Part shown: in pieces, positions 17,597-28,579 of the stretch
Position numbering within the stretch: position 1 is the first letter of the stretch
Layout: the number at the start of each line of letters is the position of its first letter
Virus record (IMG/VR): IMGVR_UViG_3300016471_000988
Coordinates: 1-64,000 of that record
Length of the DNA: 64,000 nt
Origin: a virus
Direction: 5' to 3' (one strand)
The notes under the pieces: generated by a model
The model's input: the letters and a program-made list of their open reading frames with translations, nothing else
The model's database searches: none
Told to the model about the DNA's origin: nothing
Made by a program: the position numbers and the translations under genes

Positions 17597-20500
17597 GGTG
17601 CTAACCCCGCATTAGTCAATGTATTTCCAGGGAAATACGGTTGTAAGAATTCGCCGCTTACAGCTGGTTGATTGGTTACCCACGATAATTTATTTAATTT
17701 CGTATACGCAGGCGCAATATCAGATATCTTTTTAATAATAGCTGTTTGAATATAGTCCTTACATTGTTGATCCATTAAATTATCATTAATGTAGATATTA
17801 TAAAGAGTGCTCTTTGCACCTGGTATTCTTTGAGTAAAATACCTTGAAACCGTATCAATGAAATTACGTCTACCGCTTGGAACATCCCAAACAAGCTTTT
17901 GAGGAGAAATTTTTTCTTTAAAATGCATATTAATATCAAAATAGTTTAATTCTTTATTGTAAAAGTATAGATTTTGTAAAGTTAAATCTTTAACAAAATA
18001 ATAATCGTTAATTTTCTTAGAATTTAAGAAATTACTAAATGAAATACCACTGTAAAAGGGACATGTACCTACTAAAATCTTCTCGGTTAAAAGCGGTGTG
18101 TAGCAATATTTTCTTGGAGTAAAGGGCACTGTATTATAGAGACTACCGTCTAAATATACTTTAGCATACCCCTCAATAGCATTAACCACAATAGCAAAAT
18201 GATGATAACCTGTGCTTAAATCTTTTGCTAAAATAATAGGCTCAGGAATTTCAAGATCTTCTGTGTTGAGCTGGTTATACAATCTTATCTTAAATGAATA
18301 GTTGTTGTTACCAAAAGACTTGTTGTATATGTATGCATAATTGTAGTTGTGGTTTGATGGATCAGAATTTGTATTGAATGTCGAATCTGCGTCAATCAAA
18401 ACGCTTTTAATTACATTACCAGAATAATCTAGTTTTGTTAGTAACAATTTATTTAATTGTGATCCGCTAGCTGCAATAATTACATCTGAATGAAGGTTGC
18501 CTGCCTTAAAATTCTCCATATATGTAATATTTTGTATCTTCAATGGAATTTTTGACTGAGTTGATGTCGCTGATAACGTTTTTGTAAACAGTAATTTTTG
18601 ATATTCACCGTAAACGCTTATTGTATTGCCTTTTGCCGTCCACGCGTTATCAAATTTATCTATATTAAAGCAATCAAACTTATTATTGTTATTACCTACA
18701 AACCCTGTTATTATTTTTGTTTGTGTATCCCAAAATTGTATTTGACCGCTACTAAGAAAATACACTCTTGTGCCGCGTACTACAGACTGGTTACCGTCAA
18801 TAAGCGCAAGCTGATCACCAACTCGTCTTATTTGCTTATACTGACCAGACTCAGTTACGAAGGCTGTTGCACTAACTTTAAACATTAAATTTGAGGTTAG
18901 ATTTAATTCTCGAATGCTATTATCACCGAGCAAGATGTACGCATAATCAGTATCGTTAGAAACATCGATTATTGGAAGGCTTTCTGGGCGAAAATTTTCT
19001 GGATTTTCACCTGGCATGTATGCCGCCATGTTTGTTAGTAACCCTGAAACACTGTCTACTATAGCTTCTTGAAGGTTAATCTCAGCAATTGTTCGACTAT
19101 CTGTAATAACGTGAAACGAATTTAACGGGTCACGGCGTATATAGTAAACAGCTTTTTGATTGAAAGTCTGCAAGCTGTTGTAATTATTAATAGGTTCTAA
19201 GTCACTATTATAAGTTATGATATTTCCCTGACACAAGAAAAATAGTTGCGGAGTAACTAGCTGGTAGTTATATATTCCCATCCCGTATTCGTTGTAGTTA
19301 CCTGCAATTTGATAGCCAATAGGAACTGTCCAATCTGTACGGCTAGCCCAAAAGGTAACAGTAAAGACATTTTCTGATGGCTTGAACGAAGTAATATCAA
19401 TAGTACCGTAATTATTGCCGATAAAAGAATACGTATTAAAGATGCCGCTATCTAGTGTCGGCCCTAACAATGAACCGTTAATACGCTGATAAGAAGTTAA
19501 ATTTTTAGCCTGTAGGTAGGGAGATAGAGCTTTAATATTCTGTTGTGCATCTATTTGACCTATATGCGAGTAAGCATATAAACACCCAGGCTCAAACGTA
19601 AGATTTGACGGTACATCGGTAATTCCAGGTGTCAAATCTAAACATTCAAAAGAAGTTTTGTACGTGACATTGCTTTGTGGTGCAGTTATTGCTTGATATG
19701 GTGTTACAGTATTGGAGTTATAGTACCGATCAACCCATACAGGTTTAATGGAAATATCTGGCGCTGCTGATAGCCAGCTGCACAACCATTGCCCGGTTGT
19801 TTCACCGGTAGAATCTCCTTCATTACTAGTGTATTTGTACGCACCAAGTTTTTTGTAAATGCGATCACTACGCAAAGGATGGTCACCGCCTATGGCTCCA
19901 GCTTCAACTAATTTACTTGATGTTACATTTAGCCGGTCATATGGGTATATATTCTGGGGCATATGAAACCAGGTGGTTTTGCCTGCATCAAATGTATAAG
20001 GTGTTGAGTAAGATTCATATTGCAGATGCAACTTTTCGAAGCCTCTTTCTTGACGATTACCTGAAAATATAGAGACATAATTTCTATAATTTACCGGTTC
20101 TTCATCTGGAAACACATTACCTCTTCCTTGTAAATTATGTGTATTTAACTGCGACTTAAGAGTAAGAAAATTAGCCTTTAATCCTTCTTTTTCTAAATTA
20201 AAATATTCCGCGTGAACTAATAAATTACTCTTTATATCAAAAAAACTTTTCTCCTTATCAATATCTATATTGTTTTGATTAAAGTTTCGTAAATAGCTAC
20301 CCCAGTCTATTGTTGCTTTAGGTACTTTAGGTGGTGCAAATGCAGTTAAATAAAAAATACCTCTTGTATCGGTAAAGCTTATGCTATCTACTGCGCAGAG
20401 CGCTAGGCGCCTTGTATTATTATCGCGAATAACCTGCCAGGCTTGACCTGCAGCTCTTACTTGTAATGTTAGTGAGTTATCCTCCTTATTATATGTGTAG

Positions 20501-21051
20501 AAAAATCGTCTATTATATTCTGTGCTCGATGAAAACCCCGATAGAATTACAAAATTAAGATTGAGATTTGTGGGGTTAAATGATAAGAAATAATCCTGAT
20601 TTGCAAAATTGTGTGCAAGGGTGCACGTAAACGGATCCGTCAAATCAAAATTAAAATAAAACAAATCATTTACACTAGAAATTCTGCCTGTAAAAGTATG
20701 ATCATAAATTAAAGTATATTGTAAGTTGTCATCAATGCGGCCACTAAATCTAAGAAATTCTGCTTGCCCGCTACCAGATAAATAATTGTATACGTTACAA
20801 AAATATTGTCTTACATTATTTTTTGGTTCTTGAAATACTGTAACGTCTGATAATTTTACAGGTTTAGTTAAGAATAATAAACTATAATTATTTTTATAGA
20901 AATCATTCGAGCCTGAAAAAAGCGGCGAAAAACTTGTTGATAGACGTCCATCAATTGATATTTTTTTACATAAAAAATCTACTTGTGAATCAAATTGATA
21001 TGTTGCACTAAGTCCTATGTAATTTCTTGTTGAGAGATAGCTAGTAAACAT
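17593..21051 (-). CDS. large virion structural protein with LamG-like domain(s)
   Basis: FTVTFWASRTDW and GYHHFAIVVNAIEGYAKVYLDG; beta-rich; in baseplate/fibre operon. Confidence 0.6.
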   Translation of the reverse strand: MFTSYLSTRNYIGLSATYQFDSQVDFLCKKISIDGRLSTSFSPLFSGSNDFYKNNYSLLFLTKPVKLSDVTVFQEPKNNVRQYFCNVYNYLSGSGQAEFLRFSGRIDDNLQYTLIYDHTFTGRISSVNDLFYFNFDLTDPFTCTLAHNFANQDYFLSFNPTNLNLNFVILSGFSSSTEYNRRFFYTYNKEDNSLTLQVRAAGQAWQVIRDNNTRRLALCAVDSISFTDTRGIFYLTAFAPPKVPKATIDWGSYLRNFNQNNIDIDKEKSFFDIKSNLLVHAEYFNLEKEGLKANFLTLKSQLNTHNLQGRGNVFPDEEPVNYRNYVSIFSGNRQERGFEKLHLQYESYSTPYTFDAGKTTWFHMPQNIYPYDRLNVTSSKLVEAGAIGGDHPLRSDRIYKKLGAYKYTSNEGDSTGETTGQWLCSWLSAAPDISIKPVWVDRYYNSNTVTPYQAITAPQSNVTYKTSFECLDLTPGITDVPSNLTFEPGCLYAYSHIGQIDAQQNIKALSPYLQAKNLTSYQRINGSLLGPTLDSGIFNTYSFIGNNYGTIDITSFKPSENVFTVTFWASRTDWTVPIGYQIAGNYNEYGMGIYNYQLVTPQLFFLCQGNIITYNSDLEPINNYNSLQTFNQKAVYYIRRDPLNSFHVITDSRTIAEINLQEAIVDSVSGLLTNMAAYMPGENPENFRPESLPIIDVSNDTDYAYILLGDNSIRELNLTSNLMFKVSATAFVTESGQYKQIRRVGDQLALIDGNQSVVRGTRVYFLSSGQIQFWDTQTKIITGFVGNNNNKFDCFNIDKFDNAWTAKGNTISVYGEYQKLLFTKTLSATSTQSKIPLKIQNITYMENFKAGNLHSDVIIAASGSQLNKLLLTKLDYSGNVIKSVLIDADSTFNTNSDPSNHNYNYAYIYNKSFGNNNYSFKIRLYNQLNTEDLEIPEPIILAKDLSTGYHHFAIVVNAIEGYAKVYLDGSLYNTVPFTPRKYCYTPLLTEKILVGTCPFYSGISFSNFLNSKKINDYYFVKDLTLQNLYFYNKELNYFDINMHFKEKISPQKLVWDVPSGRRNFIDTVSRYFTQRIPGAKSTLYNIYINDNLMDQQCKDYIQTAIIKKISDIAPAYTKLNKLSWVTNQPAVSGEFLQPYFPGNTLTNAGLAP

Positions 21052-21058
21052 AAAATAT

Positions 21059-22063
21059 TTAAGCTTGGATTATTATTCCAGGGCCTCCTAGGTACGGCGC
21101 ACCGTGATCTGTAGTTGGTGAATTACTACTCAGGGTAATGCCTGAAGTATCAGCTATAGCGATAAACTGATCTTTTAGCAATAGTTCTGGTGCATTTGGA
21201 TTTAAATCTATACCTGGTCCTTCAATATATATAAATGTTGGGATAGGTGGTTTGATAGGGCTTCTTCTCGCGCGCTGCGCTGTAAGCCCACGACGAAGCG
21301 TAATTCTAGGTTCGACTTGTGGAACAGGCTCTAAGACATTAGGTAATGCAGATAAATATGGCACAGGTTCATTTAAATCCAAGACATTATCAAATATTTG
21401 ACGTCTAGGCAAATTCTCCATAGTAAAGATAATATTGTTCGAGTCTTTCGACTGCGTTGCATCAAGTAAATAGGTATCTTCGTACATATCTAGAATGCCG
21501 CATCTATACGAGCAAAGAACGTTTGTATACGTATTAATACAGCAATTATTGTAGAGTACGCTTATTGATGCTGTGAAGGTCGTAACAACTTTTTCTGTTG
21601 GATAGTAATCATGACTAACAATAATATTTTTTGGTGATATAGCATCAATTTTACCAGCCTTATAATCGTTAAAGAAAATGGGACTACCATCACCAAAATC
21701 ATAAACTATTTTAATAATATCCGAAACACTATCGTCTAGAGCTGTCAAAACAAAGTTTACTGTAGTTATGCAATAGATAGTTACAGGTGTTAGCTCAATT
21801 TTTTGATAGCAAAAATCCTGATAGCATGTATCAGCTAGCGGCCCACCAGATACAACACTATCATATGTTATTACTGGATTAATCGGCCCACCGCTTAAAG
21901 GCCCACCGTATGCTGTTAATGGATAAAAGAAATCATAACCAGTAGGACTCAAGCTTGTATCGCGAAAAATGTAGTGATCTAGCCAGGTACAAAAATTATA
22001 CGAGGATAGCTCACGTACATTTGACGGTACAATAAAGGTTGTATTGCTTAAAGCGTAGTTCAT
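21059..22063 (-). CDS. virion protein with PKD-like domain
   Basis: IVYDFGDGS..HDY PKD motif. Start reassigned to ATG 22063 (ATGA overlap with upstream stop). Confidence 0.6.
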   Translation of the reverse strand: MNYALSNTTFIVPSNVRELSSYNFCTWLDHYIFRDTSLSPTGYDFFYPLTAYGGPLSGGPINPVITYDSVVSGGPLADTCYQDFCYQKIELTPVTIYCITTVNFVLTALDDSVSDIIKIVYDFGDGSPIFFNDYKAGKIDAISPKNIIVSHDYYPTEKVVTTFTASISVLYNNCCINTYTNVLCSYRCGILDMYEDTYLLDATQSKDSNNIIFTMENLPRRQIFDNVLDLNEPVPYLSALPNVLEPVPQVEPRITLRRGLTAQRARRSPIKPPIPTFIYIEGPGIDLNPNAPELLLKDQFIAIADTSGITLSSNSPTTDHGAPYLGGPGIIIQA

Positions 22064-24078
22064 GGTGGTCCTTGTGGTATATTGTCTGGCTGGAAGGTCG
22101 GGTACCCAAGCTCGCAAGAATAAGATACCATATAATCGTTGTTGATAAGATCGATAATGAATCCGCTGTCGTCGGATAGACGTAGCGCACAAGGCGGAAT
22201 TGGTACATGAAGTGGAGGCAGAGCAAAACGACAGTCTAATCTGTAGATTGATAGGTAGGATTTATTATCGACCTCTGCAAAAGGTGACAGTACCCCTAAT
22301 AAATTTCCGTATATAGATACTGCTGCACCGAAAGCCATATTCTCTTGTCTTATAGCGTCTTCAGGCGCAATAATATTTGCTTGAGTGAAAATACCGGACT
22401 TAGTTTTTTGAAAAACATAAACTCTACCTATGTTAGCAACCTCATTACTACTAGTTGGATCTTCTCTGTAAGGTTCAAACGGTGCTGCAATAGCACAGTA
22501 ATTTTCATAGAGTTTTATTGAACTTCCAAAATTACCATTAGGGGTATTAATATCGAAGAAACTACCCATTGTCATCACCAAGCGCCAGCGGCCTGTACTA
22601 CTTTCGTAGACATAATGGAATGCTTCGCCTTGACCGGGTTGTGGATATTGTTCTTTGTAGGAATTAGGTGCGCCTATTACAGCATCATCCCCATCTAGGG
22701 ATATTACACCGCCAAATCTTGTATTGCCACCGTTACTTGGAATAGGACACGAGAGGGTCTGTATGTATGACCAGTTTTCGTTAATATCTTTTCTAAAAGC
22801 ATGTACAGTAAGATTTGTATCACCAACAAGCATATTTCGTCCGCTAATTTGAACAGCCGCACCCATTTGCCGGGCGGATCCGCTAGGCACATTTGTTGAG
22901 CCGTATAGTGTTTGGTACAATGACCATGTACCATACTGAGATAAATTAGCCGAACTTCTATTGTACGCATATATGTATGCGGTACCTTGATTAGAAGGCG
23001 TGCATATTACAAGAGAGTTTCCAGCTATATCTGCACTAGTAGCGATTTGATTATCTGGGGTGATGAACCTGTTAACCGTTGTAGGTACGATACGAGCTGT
23101 CTTCTGTCCAAGATATTTATATATTAAAACTTGTGGAGAATTGTCTACCCGTGCAATAATACTTACAGAATCATCACCAAACAAAGTAATGCCTGAACCA
23201 GTATTAATAGCATTAGAGAGACTAAATTTTACTGTATCTGATGTATATGTGATAACTTTTCGATATTCTGTGGTTGTAATATACTCGTCTCCCATTGCAA
23301 GAATATTATTGAATAACCCGTAGCCTCCTTTTCGAATTTGCTGTGAGCAATTAGCTAATCGACGTGAAGTAGGAATACCCGGATAACCAGCCACATTAAA
23401 ATTACGAACTTTAAATTTTGTTGCGCCTTCTGCAGTTGTATGTGTCAGTCCTACTTTTAAAGCAGTCCTATCTTTCAAGGGAATGTTTACAACCGCTATA
23501 GTTACAAATTGTTCATTATTTGCATCATCTTTTACTTGAATTTTTAGTTCAGTCGCACTTTTACTAAGAATAATACGTACAGCTCTATAGTGTGCATCAT
23601 TAGCGTTCTGTATGTTTTCAGAGATAGCAAAATCTTTTGCCCCGGGAACGCTTGATATTAGCTTACTCAACGCACTATAGTATAAAACTCTATAATCCGC
23701 GTCTACCCCGCCGCGTACAGCAAGAGTAGGTTCTAAGCTAACTGCTGAGATAGGCAAACCATTAATATAGGGCTGCTCTATAACAAAAAAACCTGTTGGA
23801 TCAAACCCCACACCCAGTACAGCAGATTGCAGCCCACTATATCCGCCCTGTAAACAATATGAAATTCCATCGTTAGGTGTATACCCTAAGCTATAATCAC
23901 GCCCCCCACCTCTTGGACTATCTGAAATACTATCAAAAAACACAACTGCAAAACCACCCGACGGTGCAGTATCTACAGCAAAACGAGCATATTCAAAGCT
24001 TATAATTATATCTTGCCATGTATCTAGGGCCTGGTCATTCCAGTATGCTATATTTTTATCTTGAAGGGGTTGATTCAT
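22060..24078 (-). CDS. L-type lectin plus FG-GAP propeller virion protein
   Basis: GGFAVVFFD..GGRDYSLGY..VGFD (legume-lectin-like); FGGVISLDGDDAVIGAP, FGSSIKL..AIAAPFE, FGAAVSIYG (FG-GAP). Confidence 0.75.
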   Translation of the reverse strand: MNQPLQDKNIAYWNDQALDTWQDIIISFEYARFAVDTAPSGGFAVVFFDSISDSPRGGGRDYSLGYTPNDGISYCLQGGYSGLQSAVLGVGFDPTGFFVIEQPYINGLPISAVSLEPTLAVRGGVDADYRVLYYSALSKLISSVPGAKDFAISENIQNANDAHYRAVRIILSKSATELKIQVKDDANNEQFVTIAVVNIPLKDRTALKVGLTHTTAEGATKFKVRNFNVAGYPGIPTSRRLANCSQQIRKGGYGLFNNILAMGDEYITTTEYRKVITYTSDTVKFSLSNAINTGSGITLFGDDSVSIIARVDNSPQVLIYKYLGQKTARIVPTTVNRFITPDNQIATSADIAGNSLVICTPSNQGTAYIYAYNRSSANLSQYGTWSLYQTLYGSTNVPSGSARQMGAAVQISGRNMLVGDTNLTVHAFRKDINENWSYIQTLSCPIPSNGGNTRFGGVISLDGDDAVIGAPNSYKEQYPQPGQGEAFHYVYESSTGRWRLVMTMGSFFDINTPNGNFGSSIKLYENYCAIAAPFEPYREDPTSSNEVANIGRVYVFQKTKSGIFTQANIIAPEDAIRQENMAFGAAVSIYGNLLGVLSPFAEVDNKSYLSIYRLDCRFALPPLHVPIPPCALRLSDDSGFIIDLINNDYMVSYSCELGYPTFQPDNIPQGPP

Positions 24079-24079
24079 G

Positions 24080-27000
24080 TTATGCTGTTATAGCTGATAC
24101 ACTCCTATCTTGTGTCATTAACACAAATGCATCTCCTATCGATACTGTTACACCTTCCCCGCTAAAGTACGGGGCACCACCTTCACCTAAAAACAAGCTA
24201 TCATCTGTAAGACCAAATGATTCACTGCTAAGCAGTGTAACTAGAGTACCATTAAAGTATTGAGAGCCACCGGTAAATGCGATACCACCTCCGCCAGAAT
24301 ACCCATAATAAACACCATCACCTATAAACGTATCTACATAGCACGTTTCAGTGGGGTTAAGTTGAGTCAAACGAACAAATTTTCCTTGTGGGAATATAGC
24401 TTGACATGTTGCTCCGCAGTCAATACCACCAAGTATACCTTCAGGGATACTTGAAACTGATAATGTTCCGCATGTTGATAGATTGACTGTCAATGTATAA
24501 TATTTACCAGTCGATAGTATTGCAATGAGAGTTTCATCTCGATCAAATCTCATTACACATGAGTCAACATCGAAAATAGGGTTACAAAATCTACTCGATA
24601 ATCCCAACACACGATTACCGTAATACCCAGAGGCTCGTAACGTGAGTGTTGTACCGCTTAAAATTTTATACGTGGATGAACTAAAGAGATTGCAGTTTTC
24701 ATAATTAACTGCAGGGTCTTCATCACTGTAAATTCTGCCGCAACCATCACCAGACATTAAGATGGTTAATGTATAATAGCCAACGTCAAATAAAGCTGTA
24801 ACAGCCACGTTTTCTGTTATAGTGAATCTGCACGGGTTATTAGCATTAACATCGACGTTACCAGGTACAACTTTACCTAAGCCTTCTGTTGTGCTAGCAC
24901 AGGGCGACCCAAGCCATTTTACAAGTCTATAGCCAGGCATCGGTCTTGCACTAAGTGTGACTGTTGAGCCGCCCAGCACAACTGATCCTGTTCCAGTAAA
25001 GGTTGCAGTTTTAGTTGTTATAAGCTCACTACCCGATAGTGTTGGAACAACAATGCCACCTGTCTTATTACCTATACCACCTGTGCTTAAAGGTATAGTT
25101 GCAACATAACCGTAGTTAATACCGGATAGAGAAGCAGACAGTACACCGACCGTCAGGGTTACTGAAAAGTCATAATATCTTACAAAGTTAGCAATAGCTT
25201 CAATATCACTACGCACAATAAAAGTTACAATGTTGCTTTCAGTGCTTCTAAAAGTACCTATCCAACCCCTATACTCCCACCCAGAAATAGGCGCAACTGT
25301 AGATAATGTTACTATACTGTTAGCAAGATATAAAAACCCCTCACCTATTACAGGCTGCGTTATATCGATCCTGCTATCTTGGCTACGAACCCGTGATGCT
25401 GGTGTTGTTACACTTACAATGTAATACGGTAACAATGAAAATACCGCTGTAATGCTCTGGTCAGTGGTCACAGTAAATAAGCAATCGCTATTTCCAGCAT
25501 ATGAACACTCGGTACCCTCCCAACGGTCGAAATAGCTTAGATAATTACCGCTCGCTATTAATGATACTTCTGTTCCTCGACCGAAAGATTCTGTGCATCT
25601 AAATGAGCTTATTGTACAATTAATACAAAACGGATCTGATAAAACTATACCACGGCCAGGTCCAGTTTTTACTATCTCAATTCTTTTATAAATTGCGTCA
25701 CTAGGATCGCATATAGGACCAGTTGGTGCGTTTAATGTACCAGTCATATTAATTTCAACAACACTTGGATCTGGGTATGTCGGTCTTCTTACACTAACAT
25801 TAAAGAATGTAGGAACGCCGGAAACAGTAAAATAATCTGCAGCTCCTAATACACTTACCCCGTATCCGTCGAGTAATTTAGCCTGTGATGTATCAGCTGC
25901 CCATACCAAGTCATTTTCAACTCTCCTAACCCTGAATCCCGAACAGCCAATAAATACTGTAGTCTCAATATATGATTCCCAATCAAACTGTATTACATAA
26001 TTACCTACATAATTAATTTGCACAGGAGTAATACCGTCGTGAAAAAGATAAGTTACGTAGTTTGAATCTTGTTCTCCAGTGTCAAAGACACCTTCTCGAT
26101 ATTTGTTAGCGCCCATGACACCAGAGATCGAACCTCTATACTTTACAAAAAATGGTAGAAGCGGGTTAGCATAATTATTATCGTAGGTAAAATAAAACGG
26201 TTTAAACAGTTCAGGTGTATATGTTATATAATAAGGGTCTTGCTTGACTATTTGTTCATTAATAAAATGCGGAATACTATTTAAATTTTTAGCTAAATAT
26301 GTTATATTAAACAAATTAGTTTTATCTAATCGACTAAAACTTATACCGTCAATTTTAAACAAATCAATTTGAGGTGGATCGATAAATCCACTACTTAGAG
26401 AATAAATTTGATTGAGATCTGAAGCAGGATCAGGATATACTTGCAGTAGTTTGAGCAAATCTAATTTAGTTTTATAGATCAGCGGGTATAGAGCGCGATA
26501 ATTAGAAGCTGATAAATGTGGTCTAAGAACTAAAAAGCATAAGTATAGCTCTTGATCTGCTTCTGAAAACCATTCCCCTGCAAACCGCTCAAGATTTTTA
26601 TCTAAATTAAATTTACGTATATATGTACCAGAATTGTTATTAATGAGAATTTTCTTTGTATCATAATCGTAAATTACCGTATCCATTATTACATAAGTTT
26701 CAGTCTCCATCACAAAAATATCTTGATATATAGCAAAATATGTCAAGCTGCTATTAATTTCATCACGCACATCTTGAGGATATTTGTAGAGAACAGCGCT
26801 TAATGCAGCGCTACCTGGAGTTACTGTATCAGTAGAAATATCCCTAAAATACAAAGTACCTGGTACCTTGTATCGTTTTTCAAAAACGGTTTTATAATCA
26901 ATCTTAGTTTTTGGAGAAGCAGCGACCGTCTCGCTATTTAAAATTATACTACCATCATAAGCTACACCAGATATAGCTTTTAATGCATTAACTCTTTTTA

Positions 27001-28579
27001 GTAGCCCGTACTCATTACCGTAAATATCATTACCCCAATACACAGGAGTCATATCTGTAGCCATAATTGAGGCTTGTCTTTGATCAATGGGCAGATAATC
27101 ACCCGTACGAAGACCCGGCCAGATATCTGAATCTGCCCATTTTTCCTGCGCTAACCCTTCCCAGAACTGTACATTATCATAAGTTTTGCTTATTCCAGCT
27201 ACACTTATATCAACATCTTGTTCGCGACTCTGATAACCATAGTATAGCGGGGCATAGTTTGTTGCAAACACATCACCAAACGCGTATTGATCGCTTCTAG
27301 TTCGCTTATTCCAAGAAACATCTACTGTATACACAAAAGGAACCAATACATTATCACTATCGCTATTAAACGACACATTACCTATAATTTTTGGATCTGG
27401 AAATGCATAGACTGTGTTTGGCTTTAGCTGGTCTGTATCGACAGCAAAATATTTTCTAGGTGTATTGTGAATAAGAACACCTTGATGTTGAGGTAGAAAG
27501 AATCTACCTATCTCTTGCTCTATATATAATGATTCTAGACTTGGTACTGTAGCTGTACTAGGATATTGCCTGTTTAACAGGTTTAATGTTGTTGCACCAG
27601 ATAATGACTGTGTGGAGAATAACACCCCCGAAACATAATCTGTAACAGTTGAGCCAGTGCTTAGATAATAAAAATCATTACCCAAATATTTCGGAGCCAG
27701 TCTTTTGAGTAAATTAATTTTTAAGTCCGCAACACCCCCGCTAACATATGTAATGAAATCACGATTTTTTAAATAATGTAATTCGGTGCCTGACAAAACT
27801 GGATTAATTGTAAAGTTATTTGTGCCTAATGATTGAATGAAAAACGGGTATTGCTTAATCGCATCAATTATTGCAAGCTTAATATCTAGATATAACTTTG
27901 AATCTACAACATTAACGTTAGCACTACTCATAGTGGCTCTCATTGATGTTGAGTCTTTTGAAATAACTGTATCTGTAGCAATATTAAAATAATGGTCTTC
28001 TAGATCATACAATTCTTCAACATATACACTTAAATCACGGGCAAGTGCAGACACAGGGGGGAATTCACATGGCGCGGACGTGTACACAACTTGATCGGTT
28101 TGCGCTGCATCAAAAATAATTTTTTTGATTAACCTTTCGATACCCCTGTTTGTACCTCGAATATTATGCTGAATTGCTGCTGTTTTGACTTCTTCACGTT
28201 TATTCGCATAAAACAAGCATACCTGTTTGATTTTTGAAATAAAAAACGGTAAAATAATATCTAAATCGCTTGGGTTAGTTAAATTAGCGTTCGTAACAAA
28301 CCGTCTTTCCTCTTCTGTACTATAGGTGATGACTAGCTCTCGCAATACTTGTATGTAGGAGTCGCGTACGGTTTGTTGTGTCTGCTCCTTAGTTTGCTTC
28401 TTTTTCTTGCCCCACGCAATTACATAGCTTTTATATTGTTCAAAAATTATGTCAAGGTTTAAAGTTGTTGTTGTCTTTTGATTAAACCAAACTAAAAAAG
28501 TGGCTGGTGCTAAATTGTCAAGAGCTTCTGAACTATTGTTCAATATACTTTTTGAAAATGAATATTCTACTAAGTTCAT
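24080..28579 (-). CDS. very large virion protein with five C-terminal InlB-B-like (divergent) repeats
   Basis: Repeats Y.LTV...G.G....G..V.L.A....Y.F..W.G..C....C.FT.....TA.F. Confidence 0.7.
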   Translation of the reverse strand: MNLVEYSFSKSILNNSSEALDNLAPATFLVWFNQKTTTTLNLDIIFEQYKSYVIAWGKKKKQTKEQTQQTVRDSYIQVLRELVITYSTEEERRFVTNANLTNPSDLDIILPFFISKIKQVCLFYANKREEVKTAAIQHNIRGTNRGIERLIKKIIFDAAQTDQVVYTSAPCEFPPVSALARDLSVYVEELYDLEDHYFNIATDTVISKDSTSMRATMSSANVNVVDSKLYLDIKLAIIDAIKQYPFFIQSLGTNNFTINPVLSGTELHYLKNRDFITYVSGGVADLKINLLKRLAPKYLGNDFYYLSTGSTVTDYVSGVLFSTQSLSGATTLNLLNRQYPSTATVPSLESLYIEQEIGRFFLPQHQGVLIHNTPRKYFAVDTDQLKPNTVYAFPDPKIIGNVSFNSDSDNVLVPFVYTVDVSWNKRTRSDQYAFGDVFATNYAPLYYGYQSREQDVDISVAGISKTYDNVQFWEGLAQEKWADSDIWPGLRTGDYLPIDQRQASIMATDMTPVYWGNDIYGNEYGLLKRVNALKAISGVAYDGSIILNSETVAASPKTKIDYKTVFEKRYKVPGTLYFRDISTDTVTPGSAALSAVLYKYPQDVRDEINSSLTYFAIYQDIFVMETETYVIMDTVIYDYDTKKILINNNSGTYIRKFNLDKNLERFAGEWFSEADQELYLCFLVLRPHLSASNYRALYPLIYKTKLDLLKLLQVYPDPASDLNQIYSLSSGFIDPPQIDLFKIDGISFSRLDKTNLFNITYLAKNLNSIPHFINEQIVKQDPYYITYTPELFKPFYFTYDNNYANPLLPFFVKYRGSISGVMGANKYREGVFDTGEQDSNYVTYLFHDGITPVQINYVGNYVIQFDWESYIETTVFIGCSGFRVRRVENDLVWAADTSQAKLLDGYGVSVLGAADYFTVSGVPTFFNVSVRRPTYPDPSVVEINMTGTLNAPTGPICDPSDAIYKRIEIVKTGPGRGIVLSDPFCINCTISSFRCTESFGRGTEVSLIASGNYLSYFDRWEGTECSYAGNSDCLFTVTTDQSITAVFSLLPYYIVSVTTPASRVRSQDSRIDITQPVIGEGFLYLANSIVTLSTVAPISGWEYRGWIGTFRSTESNIVTFIVRSDIEAIANFVRYYDFSVTLTVGVLSASLSGINYGYVATIPLSTGGIGNKTGGIVVPTLSGSELITTKTATFTGTGSVVLGGSTVTLSARPMPGYRLVKWLGSPCASTTEGLGKVVPGNVDVNANNPCRFTITENVAVTALFDVGYYTLTILMSGDGCGRIYSDEDPAVNYENCNLFSSSTYKILSGTTLTLRASGYYGNRVLGLSSRFCNPIFDVDSCVMRFDRDETLIAILSTGKYYTLTVNLSTCGTLSVSSIPEGILGGIDCGATCQAIFPQGKFVRLTQLNPTETCYVDTFIGDGVYYGYSGGGGIAFTGGSQYFNGTLVTLLSSESFGLTDDSLFLGEGGAPYFSGEGVTVSIGDAFVLMTQDRSVSAITA

